From Paraphysomonas bandaiensis (Eukaryota > Protista > Chrysophyceae): a stretch of 64,000 nt of DNA. Below the pieces are notes generated by a model. The model had not been told where the DNA came from. It saw nothing but the letters and a program-made list of their open reading frames with translations, and searched no databases. The stretch covers positions 187,721-251,720 of the forward strand of contig CBFFRP010000169.1 of NCBI GenBank assembly GCA_965644295.1, read 5' to 3'. Shown here piece by piece: positions 47,620 through 58,800 of this stretch (the stretch's first letter is position 1; every line of letters begins with the position of its first letter). Made by a program: the position numbers and the translations under genes.

Positions 47620-48491
47620 TGTTTTGTATAATCATGTTCTCATCATATATAGTTGCATGTACCTTTCTTGCGCAGTCCCACTCTCCTCTATCAGATATCA
47701 GATGTTGCCTCTTTTGCACCATCACACTCCTTCTCGACTCCGTGTTGCTGGACACACCGGATGACCCTCATATCCCACCCCTGTCCAGCTATACACTCTC
47801 TTGCATGTGCTCTCTACCGCTGGCTAAGACAGCAAAAGATCGACGACGCTTCTTCACAGTAGGCCATAACCTTTTGCAAGACTTCATCCACATACCTCCG
47901 AGCCACTTGGCACAATGCCTAAAGGAAGGCCACCAGATCGCCAATCTCAGCAGGGTATAGTACTGTGTTCCCCTGGTTGCCGTGAGGTACATAAGGCAGT
48001 CCCCAAAGCAAATTGCACACAATGTATGTGTAGTCTTAAGCGTTCCAGTGTTGTAGTAGTGGACTTAGATCACTGCTTTCACTTGTCATATGCTGTACGT
48101 TGCACAACGTGTCCCCTATATATTGAAGGTCTTTTTATTTAGCAATAGGCGTTAAAAACTCGTTCCAATACAGTGGCTAGTTGAATGCTAGATCTACTAG
48201 TTAGACCTCTACCCATAACTAATCGTGTCCCCTACATACACATCTCTCATATAGCGCCGGTGAGTCCTAAGACACACGAGCAGGCGAAACTCACAAACAA
48301 CATCAAGAACGAAAGTGGTCGCACTTTGGTGCTTGCGGCGACGCACAAGCAGCTTCTGTAGCGTTAAATAGTAGGATAATGGAATTTGTGCTGATTAGTT
48401 ATGGGTAGAGGTCTAACTAGTATGTCTAGCATTCAACTAGCCACTATATTGGTACAGGTTTTTAACGCCTATTGCTAAATAAACTTTCAAT
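47620..48491 (+). mobile_element. Decayed LINE 3' region (same family as 6354-8026)
   Basis: PKGRPPD-coding remnant at ~47918. The 3' UTR 48254-48491 is the reverse complement of 6355-6597. Confidence 0.7.
48121..48223 (-). mobile_element. Short LINE 3' end inserted into the older LINE copy, with an 11-15 bp TSD
   Basis: cgtgtccccta(tata) at 48108 and cgtgtccccta(cata) at 48224 flank the 3'-UTR fragment. Confidence 0.75.
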
Positions 48492-49130
48492 ATACCTTTC
48501 TTAAGATTGCAAACGCTCTATATAAATGGCTTGATTTCAAATAGTTTGATGCATTGGCAGAGCTATTACTTGCTGCTTTCATAGCTACATTTACGAACAG
48601 TAGTACGAGCTGAGTCACATGACAGATGTTTCGTGAAAAAACAGACAACATTCCTTTCGAAGCGCAGCGACAGCGGGAGATATTGTTTTTATAAGTCGTA
48701 CATAGTACATAGTACAAAGACACATAGACTGTATTAGATAAGCATATTAGCCCCTCCTAAAGACATAACCGGGTGCATTAGATAAGCATACAGCGTTGTT
48801 ACCCCCTCTTAAATACATAACCGGGTAATCGAACTATCTGTCAGCTCGATTATTTGATGAGTAATATCGAATTGAAGGTTGTGTTGGTCGTGCAGCACTA
48901 GACACCTGTTCCATATATTTCTGTATTCGTATTGATTATATAAGTAATCTGTGTCGATAGGAGTCGCAATGCACTCAGAAGATAATCGAGCTGGCAGGTA
49001 GTGCCTGTATTAGTTATCGCTTGGGTGATTTCGATCAGTGATCCTTTTGTAACCACGACTGAGCAGCAGGAATACTCTCAGGGTAATGTCATATGCTGAT
49101 ATATTTAATTCTCATTCTGCAGTGATGCCG

Positions 49131-49526
49131 CTCATTCTTTTCGCTCTTATACTCTGCTCGTTCCTTGGGAATGAGCTCTTGCAACATAGCGCTTTCTTGA
49201 GCCGCCTCAGCTTGGGCTTGTCGCCGGTCTTCGCTATCCCTTTATTTCTTCGAAAGCTTCAACATGCACTCAATATAAGCATAGAATTTGAAACGGAAAA
49301 TTAATAAAGCAAAAGCTGCAGTGGATAAAGATAAACGCCTCGAAGGATGGAGGCGAGAGCAAAAACTGCAAAAAACAAACGGAAATCTTCACAGCACAAA
49401 TTTATGAAGAAATAAAGGGATAGCGAAGACCGGCGACAAGCCCAAGCTGAGGCGGCTCAAGAACGCGCTACGTTGCAAGATCTCACTCCCGAGGAACGAG
49501 CAGAGTATAAGCGCAAAAAGAATGAG
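49131..49526. repeat. Inverted repeat, ~121-bp arms (49131-49251, 49406-49526), ~155-bp spacer
   Basis: gccgcctcagcttgggcttgtcgccggtcttcgctatccc is the reverse complement of gggatagcgaagaccggcgacaagcccaagctgaggcggc. Confidence 0.9.
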
Positions 49527-50896
49527 GGATAGCGCATTGCTCGATTGCTAGTATGAATCGTGGATGTGTTCGAAATGCATTTCATTAGCTCACTACCGTT
49601 AGTGTGCTCATAAACACAACAATTGTCACAATATTATGTCTGTACAACAATTTTTTAATATTATTAACAATTATATTATTATGTATATATACCACTATCT
49701 TTGACAGGTGCAGCAACACTTGGAGAACTGATACCAATCTACTATTAGACTGATATGATAACCACAGACTGGTAGAAGCTAATGGCGCATTAATGGGTGC
49801 CCAAATCCCTGCAACTACAATGTCCATAAATGAAATATGTCCTCGCAATTGTTATGGCATTACCATTACTGGTTACCAGGCCCCGATATCCATCCTTAGA
49901 AGATTGCTACTCTAGATAGCACATTCCAGAGTACTAATCATACTGATCTATGAATGTAGACTATTACATATTCAGATACAGAACACGTAATACATATCTA
50001 CCATAAAGTGCCGGCTCATTCGACAGTCCTCCGTACTCCATAGAGTGGACTGAATGTCAACATAGATCGTCATGCTTCAAAACAATGTCCTCAACTAAAT
50101 CAACACGAACAGGACACTGTGAGAAAGTATCTATACACCTCACACTCATATCAGTATATACCTTCAAGTGAGAGGGGGAAATTATACTCGTTACTCGCCC
50201 AAGTGAAGTTATTATTCTGATGTGACTCTCTTAAGATCAGCTCAGCTCAGTTCAGGAGTATGAGTGCCTGGCTTCATGTGCACTCATACCCTGAGAGTCC
50301 GCTGGTGTTGTATGACAGTCACACACAGCATATAGAGAGTATTAGAGTGAGAAAGGAAGAGTAATGAAGCTATACAGAGAGTCTCTATGGCTCAATATGA
50401 ATGCCCTTCCTCCTCTCTGTGTGTTCGAAGTAGATCAACTCTCTTGTGTGACTGCCACATAGCCATAACTTTAACGAAACTATATCAACAACTTGTACGA
50501 TCGCAGCATGTGCCAGTCCATGACATCACTATGAGTTGATGTAGCCATACATACATGTACATACAGTGCAGTGGAGTGTATTGATGATAGAAGTGTATGG
50601 AAAGTGACAGATTTTGACTTCAATGTGTTTGGTTTTGAGGTCAACTATGAACAAATTCTCGGGATTTTTTCCTGTTTATTATCCAAATCTAGAAATCCAG
50701 AGTTTTTTTACGAAGTATCAACAATATACGTAAAATATCAGGAATATTGACAAGTTGAAGTAAAATATCATTATCTTCTAATGAATTTGAACTTCATTTT
50801 CATTTACTTTCTTTGACGTATGTGAATATCAACAGCACACTTCATGCATATCGACCGACTCCAAGTGATCATGTTTATAAGTAACACACTGCTCCC

Positions 50897-52537
50897 ATGG
50901 ATACATCTGCTCCAAGCGAGAATCCAGTAGCTGCTGATGATGAGATGTATGTGGCGACCTTCTCTGATCGGTTTGTCAATGCGGTACTGCCGAAACAGAC
51001 AATTGTATTGCCTGAAAACTCGAAATGTCCGACTGATATGAAGAAGTTTATATCAGGCACTGAACCACACTCTCTGATGGATGGAGTTCGCTGTCCAGGC
51101 TGTCATCAACACTACACAAGATACAAGGGTCTTGTGAGTCGCTCCAAACAAAGCAGAAAGGATCAGCGGCGTAAACCTCATCCTAACACTCTTGAGGAGA
51201 AAGAAGACTGCTTTATATGTTTGACTGCTGAAATGGTACGAAACGAAGATGGCTTACAGTGCCTTCGCTGTCCTGTTTGTCGAACCGACGACAAACTGCA
51301 GCAACTTCTCTTTCACCGTTGCAGCAAGGCTGGCAACATGGAGGTTTTTGTTCCACCATCTGGTCAGTGTGATGAATGTGGTTATGTTTGTCGTGTAATA
51401 TGTAACTGTCCATTATGTGAAATTGCTCCACATCAGTTGGAGTTTCGCATTACTCCAGACCCTTATCATGTCACCGACGACGAGGGAAATAAAGTACTTG
51501 TCGTGTATCCTAAGTATCCTGAGCAGGAAACTAGCCTTAGTACATATGACTTGAAAAGGCGTATGCAGTATGAATCGAAGAAATATGCTCAACTACTAGC
51601 CAACAGAAGTAGACCATCATTCACATGTGCTGTTGTCAATGCCGAATTAAGGAAGCTTGTCGCCCAGCCGGATGGATATATAGTCCTGGCTGAACTGACT
51701 AAGAAAATTCCTGGACTTCTTGATCGAATTAATTCATCTGATTATGTCAAATCAAAAGTTATGGAAGAATATCGGAAAGATCAGTCTGATCAAAACACAT
51801 TTCAGTTAGCCCCCAATGCAGTTTTCCGCCTCGCTGAGCTTGTGAAGAAAATTGCTATAGCCACTGGAGCTGTGACTGATGTTCAATTTGATGTAGAGCA
51901 GTTGATAAATACCATTGTCAAACACAATGCTGTGAAGGTTTTAACAGAAGAACAGATAAAGTTGCTTCAAGGTGCTGCCGACAGAGCGAAAGTTGAGCAC
52001 CCGACCAATGTGAACCGTGATATCTCTCGAGGCGGCGGTAGCAGTGTACCAAAGAGTAGTAGTATACCGAAGAGTAGCAGTGGTGATAGCAGCAGCACTA
52101 CGAATAGAATTCTTGGTGTTAAGCGCAGTAGTGAGGATGCAGAAATTCTGGCCTTCACAATAACCGGAGAAAAGATAGCGAAACAGTCTGCTTGTGTGCG
52201 ATACTTAGTCACCTTGAGGGAAATCGTTTTTTTTTATTTTAAGGATCTGCTAAATCAAACTCCGTCAAAAGAAGTCGCATTAGCTGCCCTATATACCCAA
52301 TGCATGCAGTCTCTTACTTCAGTATTGACTATTGTCGTTTCCCATGACCAGGACTTGGCTACTAAAATTGAAATACTTTTAGAGCCTATGCTTGAAGAAA
52401 AGATTACAAATATGGAGCTGGGATACCATATTGCTAACATGAACTCGCTTATCTCTATTGTCAATCTTAATTTGCAGAATAAAATTAAACTAATTTCTCT
52501 GACTGTGTTATCAGGAAGTAATAAGTTGATTGAGTAG
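50897..52537 (+). CDS. Hypothetical 546-aa protein with a Cys-rich (multi CxxC) N-terminal region, intronless
   Basis: CPGC, CFIC, CLRCPVC, CDECGYVC, CNCPLC, then a helical C-terminus. Confidence 0.7.
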   Translation: MDTSAPSENPVAADDEMYVATFSDRFVNAVLPKQTIVLPENSKCPTDMKKFISGTEPHSLMDGVRCPGCHQHYTRYKGLVSRSKQSRKDQRRKPHPNTLEEKEDCFICLTAEMVRNEDGLQCLRCPVCRTDDKLQQLLFHRCSKAGNMEVFVPPSGQCDECGYVCRVICNCPLCEIAPHQLEFRITPDPYHVTDDEGNKVLVVYPKYPEQETSLSTYDLKRRMQYESKKYAQLLANRSRPSFTCAVVNAELRKLVAQPDGYIVLAELTKKIPGLLDRINSSDYVKSKVMEEYRKDQSDQNTFQLAPNAVFRLAELVKKIAIATGAVTDVQFDVEQLINTIVKHNAVKVLTEEQIKLLQGAADRAKVEHPTNVNRDISRGGGSSVPKSSSIPKSSSGDSSSTTNRILGVKRSSEDAEILAFTITGEKIAKQSACVRYLVTLREIVFFYFKDLLNQTPSKEVALAALYTQCMQSLTSVLTIVVSHDQDLATKIEILLEPMLEEKITNMELGYHIANMNSLISIVNLNLQNKIKLISLTVLSGSNKLIE

Positions 52538-52852
52538 TATAGTAGTGTCGTTAATATTTTTATATGCTTTGAACTTGCAGCGAAATTTGAATCGTGCTTG
52601 TGTAGTCTTTGCTTTCACAATGATGAATGTTAGTTATTTCACAACGTTTCAATTAAGTATGATCTAAATTCCGAGCGCCTAGCTCAAGTAGCTAAGCAAG
52701 CATTATTTTTTCTATAGCTCAATCACTAGGAATAGTACTACTTTCATTGACAATAACTTTTGTATTGTGGTAATAAAAATGGTGTCCTGTTTCTCTCAAA
52801 GCATCGACAACTGGACCATAATGTATATCTCGTCTGTCTATTGTAATTACTC

Positions 52853-53602
52853 TAGGCCCCGTGCCCACAAGTGAAGGAATTAACATAGTACGGCAAAGGC
52901 AAAGAATATTTCACATGTAGTACCTTGGTCGTATATATCAAATCACACACAATCCCGACACGAGCGTCAATAGTATTCTAATATACCCCTTTCCTGATCA
53001 TTAGTCTGAATTGCTCATCGTTAGGAGCAACATTAAAGGTGCTTGCCAAGACCTCACGTAATTTAAGAATATTACCAATATTACCATTGCTTCCCGCAGT
53101 TGAGTTTTATAGCACTCTTTCTACGCTCGAGCAATAAAACGCGTTGGTATCGAGAAACTGTATTTCAAAATACACCGGTGTTGATGTTTCAGCTCGAATA
53201 CCGTTTCATCTATTTCCATTGAGCAAACCCCATCAACCTCGATTGTCTTCCTGAATGTGATGTACGATTCCTCGTTACTGGAAATACATGCAATGGAGCT
53301 AACTGTTTCCTGAGAGTATCCATATTGAGGTGAGGCTTGAATAAAGAAGTAACTACTGGAAGGGTGTAGTGAGAGATGGTCCATACATCACGGCCGGGCC
53401 AACGAAGAGAAGCCTCTAATACCATGTTCCATAGCACATTGTACATTACTAGCATACAACCCACGGTCATCTAGATCAACTATATCCAAGAAATCTACAA
53501 GGAGAACATCTGGACAATCTCATCTTCAAGAGAGTTTACCCAGAATGCAACACGATCACTCTCGACTGGATAGTGTGCTTTATATACTTCATTAGGTTGC
53601 AT
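52853..53602 (-). pseudogene. Decayed coding sequence of unknown family
   Basis: Protein-like segments in shifting frames from an ATG at 53602, with several stops. Confidence 0.3.
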
Positions 53603-54006
53603 GTGAAACCCATCAGCTTAAGTTGTGAGTATACTACTGGCCTCTAGAGATTGCAGCACTGCACATGAGTCTGCACACTCTGCAGGAGTGACCCCAACCC
53701 ACACACACACATACACATGTATGTAAACAGATACATGCTCCCTCTTGGCCCTCTCATGCTGATGGGAAGAGAGATCGATAGATTCAGAGAGAGATAACAG
53801 TTAAAAATGGGGGGTTTCTGCTCTTATAAATGGGGAATATCCAGTAGATTTTCTCAAAAATGCATCATATAAACACAGATACAGTAGCTATGTGTACGTG
53901 TGTAGTGTACCTATATACTGTTACATACATGTATATACATAGACACCCATCTGAGTTAAGATCACGCACAGGTACATACATACAGTCACCTCTACAGCCT
54001 ACTCTC

Positions 54007-55294
54007 ATGTTAGCCTATCGAGTGTTTGTATTATGTTACGCTCTATGGATCTCTGTATGCTCCTCCAGCACCCTTCCCTCTAATCTGATAGTGGGATATG
54101 CCGGATGGGGAGAGTGCGATGAGAAGATCGTCAAAGCAGCTCAAGATGGAGTTAATGTCGTCATATGGTTTGCTATCAATCTATTGGCGGATGAGGAGAC
54201 TGGTGTGTGTGTTATGGATGCCTGTATACGTACATACACATACATATACACATATGCCTGTATATATACACATATACACGCCTGTTCAGTATACATACAC
54301 ACGCCTGTTGTGTATATATATGCATTTACGTCGTATGCGTAATACAGTGCGGTATATCACTTTGTCTATAGGCGCGCCTGTTATCACCGGAGGCCCAGAT
54401 TTATCATGTGTAGCTGATGTAAAACGTCGAATCGCATCGTTGGACCTTCCAACTACGCATCTTATATCTATAGGGGGGTGGGATGCGCCTCATCCGAATA
54501 CTTCCAACACCCCCGAAGCCATCTATGAAAATTGGGTGGAGTGGAATAACGGTTTATTTGACGGTTTTGACTGGGATATTGAGGGAGACGATGATCTGTC
54601 TAGTCCCAGTAATGTTATTACACTGGACTGCCTGAATCTCATGGGGCGTATGTCTCAACTGGGTAAAAAAGACGGTTATATTGTATCTATGGCTCCTCCT
54701 GAGAGCTACTTGGACCCAACTACAGGTCATTTTGACCGACTGCTGACTCATAATTATCCAGAGTGGGAAGAGTTAGAACCAAACTTTCACTACCACAGCA
54801 GGAACTCGTATGCATATGTGCTTCACTACTACGGCTCAACTCCATCTGCTGATGGAGAGTTGCAAACCTTTGATTTTGTATCTATTCAGTTGTATGAAAC
54901 TTACGCACATGCCTTATACAACATATCTATTTTGCATTCTCCAGCTGTGGAATATCTAACAAAGTACATCCCCAGCGTAATTAGCGGATGGGAAGTTAAT
55001 TTTATGCCTATTGCCTCACCTGCAATCGTAACCGTTCCGCCACCGCAACTTGTTATAGGTCTTGCAAACGGCTGGGCTAACACCTCCAAAACGGTTTTGA
55101 TCTGGCCCGAGGAGGCCGGCAAGGCTTACAATTTGTTGGGTAAACTGGGTTTCCAGCCCCGCGGATTTATGTTCTGGGATATTATGGATGAGGGCAAGGT
55201 CGTGTCAGGCACAGAGAGGGAGCTGTGGATGGCAGCAGGGCTGAATGAATTTTTGCACACCAGGCCCCCAGCTGGTGAGACTGAAAGTCGTTAG
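54007..55294 (+). CDS. Secreted GH18 chitinase-like glycoside hydrolase; exons 54007-54202 and 54372-55294
   Basis: Signal peptide, ISIGGW, catalytic FDGFDWDIEG (DxDxE), FVSIQLYE, GFMFW. Confidence 0.85.
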
Positions 55295-55818
55295 CTCGTC
55301 TACCGCACCGTTGGAGAATATATACATTATACATGATGAGCCTATTTGTGACTAGCTAATATACTCTTTCGTCCATCAAGTATAAATATTGTAATAGGCT
55401 CGTGAAGGTGGTTTTTGTGAATGATATACTATTGAATATCATTCTCACAAACTTAGAGTCATGTATAAATCATAAACCAGTAAAAGATATAGAGTAGCCA
55501 TGGCCGTGAGGCAGATATAGCCTGTCCAGACTCTATAAGTAATTGTATTGCTCCTATATACCTATCGAATGAAGGTGTTCCATGATAAAAATTGACATAA
55601 CTGAACAATACTCTCACTCTATACTGATATTACAAGTTAGAAACATAAAGGAACAAGGAACATATAATTCACTTATGATCAATATCACTACTAAATCGCC
55701 AAATTCATGATACCATATCGCAGCATCAAATGATCCGTCGGGATCAACATTCCAGTTAAGTTTCTAAGAGTTAATAAATCCAGCTAAGTAACAAACTAAT
55801 ATATAAGTTAGTGTACTA

Positions 55819-58800
55819 TTTGATATGTAAAATGGCTTCGTAGAACCCCTAGCTAATAGGAAGCATAAGGATGCATTTGATATGTAAAATGGCTTCGTAG
55901 AACCCCTAGCTAATAGGAAGCATAAGGATGCAATTGACCATTCATTGATATAGCACTGAGCAAAAACCCACCATTCATGTTATATTAATGGCAGGTGAGT
56001 AATAGTGCAGGAAACATTAAAACGACAATGAATACAATAAAAGATACAGCATGCATTTTGTACCTTCCATAATAGCAATGGCTCCGTGTGCTCATGCACA
56101 AAAACACTGGAATCTACCAAACAATCTAATAAACAAGTTACTATATTTATCGAACCACGTATATATTTGATATGTAAAATGGCTTCGTAGAACCCCTAGC
56201 TAATAGGAAGCATAAGGATGCAATTGACCATTCATTGATATAGCACTGAGCAAAAACCCACCATTCATGTTATATTAATGGCAGGTGAGTAATAGTGCAG
56301 GAAACATTAAAACGACAATGAATACAATAAAAGATACAGCATGCATTTTGTACCTTCCATAATAGCAATGGCTCCGTGTGCTCATGCACAAAAACACTGG
56401 AATCTACCAAACAATCTAATAAACAAGTTACTATATTTATCGAACCACGTATATATTTGATATGTAAAATGGCTTTGTAGAACCCCTAGCTAATAGGAAG
56501 CATAAGGATGCAATTGACCATTCATTGATATAGCACTGAGCAAAAACCCACCATTCATGTTATATTAATGGCAGGTGAGTAATAGTGCAGGAAACATTAA
56601 AACGACAATGAATACAATAAAAGATACAGCATGCATTTTGTACCTTCCATAATAGCAATGGCTCCGTGTGCTCATGCACAAAAACACTGGAATCTACCAA
56701 ACAATCTAATAAACAAGTTACTATATTTATCGAACCACGTATATATTTGATATGTAAAATGGCTTCGTAGAACCCCTAGCTAATAGGAAGCATAAGGATG
56801 CAATTGACCATTCATTGATATAGCACTGAGCAAAAACCCACCATTCATGTTATATTAATGGCAGGTGAGTAATAGTGCAGGAAACATTAAAACGACAATG
56901 AATACAATAAAAGATACAGCATGCATTTTGTACCTTCCATAATAGCAATGGCTCCGTGTGCTCATGCACAAAAACACTGGAATCTACCAAACAATCTAAT
57001 AAACAAGTTACTATATTTATCGAACCACGTATATATTTGATATGTAAAATGGCTTCGTAGAACCCCTAGCTAATAGGAAGCATAAGGATGCAATTGACCA
57101 TTCATTGATATAGCACTGAGCAAAAACCCACCATTCATGTTATATTAATGGCAGGTGAGTAATAGTGCAGGAAACATTAAAACGACAATGAATACAATAA
57201 AAGATACAGCATGCATTTTGTACCTTCCATAATAGCAATGGCTCCGTGTGCTCATGCACAAAAACACTGGAATCTACCAAACAATCTAATAAACAAGTTA
57301 CTATATTTATCGAACCACGTATATATTTGATATGTAAAATGGCTTTGTAGAACCCCTAGCTAATAGGAAGCATAAGGATGCAATTGACCATTCATTGATA
57401 TAGCACTGAGCAAAAACCCACCATTCATGTTATATTAATGGCAGGTGAGTAATAGTGCAGGAAACATTAAAACGACAATGAATACAATAAAAGATACAGC
57501 ATGCATTTTGTACCTTCCATAATAGCAATGGCTCCGTGTGCTCATGCACAAAAACACTGGAATCTACCAAACAATCTAATAAACAAGTTACTATATTTAT
57601 CGAACCACGTATATATTTGATATGTAAAATGGCTTCGTAGAACCCCTAGCTAATAGGAAGCATAAGGATGCAATTGACCATTCATTGATATAGCACTGAG
57701 CAAAAACCCACCATTCATGTTATATTAATGGCAGGTGAGTAATAGTGCAGGAAACATTAAAACGACAATGAATACAATAAAAGATACAGCATGCATTTTG
57801 TACCTTCCATAATAGCAATGGCTCCGTGTGCTCATGCACAAAAACACTGGAATCTACCAAACAATCTAATAAACAAGTTACTATATTTATCGAACCACGT
57901 ATATATTTGATATGTAAAATGGCTTTGTAGAACCCCTAGCTAATAGGAAGCATAAGGATGCAATTGACCATTCATTGATATAGCACTGAGCAAAAACCCA
58001 CCATTCATGTTATATTAATGGCAGGTGAGTAATAGTGCAGGAAACATTAAAACGACAATGAATACAATAAAAGATACAGCATGCATTTTGTACCTTCCAT
58101 AATAGCAATGGCTCCGTGTGCTCATGCACAAAAACACTGGAATCTACCAAACAATCTAATAAACAAGTTACTATATTTATCGAACCACGTATATATTTGA
58201 TATGTAAAATGGCTTCGTAGAACCCCTAGCTAATAGGAAGCATAAGGATGCAATTGACCATTCATTGATATAGCACTGAGCAAAAACCCACCATTCATGT
58301 TATATTAATGGCAGGTGAGTAATAGTGCAGGAAACATTAAAACGACAATGAATACAATAAAAGATACAGCATGCATTTTGTACCTTCCATAATAGCAATG
58401 GCTCCGTGTGCTCATGCACAAAAACACTGGAATCTACCAAACAATCTAATAAACAAGTTACTATATTTATCGAACCACGTATATATTTGATATGTAAAAT
58501 GGCTTCGTAGAACCCCTAGCTAATAGGAAGCATAAGGATGCAATTGACCATTCATTGATATAGCACTGAGCAAAAACCCACCATTCATGTTATATTAATG
58601 GCAGGTGAGTAATAGTGCAGGAAACATTAAAACGACAATGAATACAATAAAAGATACAGCATGCATTTTGTACCTTCCATAATAGCAATGGCTCCGTGTG
58701 CTCATGCACAAAAACACTGGAATCTACCAAACAATCTAATAAACAAGTTACTATATTTATCGAACCACGTATATATTTGATATGTAAAATGGCTTCGTAG

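Noticed and set aside
48254-48292. Hammerhead-like ccggtgagtcc...ggcgaaac in the LINE 3' UTR
   Set aside because: The core is not CUGAnGA, and GAAA is not conserved in the 6354-8026 copy (ggcgaatt).
55880-56002. U1 snRNA-like motifs on the minus strand of the satellite (ttACTCACCTG, ATTGCAt at similar spacing)
   Set aside because: There is no U1-70K loop (GAUCACGAAG), no Sm site and no U1 stems. It is probably just the complement of a CAG|GTGAGT motif. An Infernal RF00003 search would settle it.
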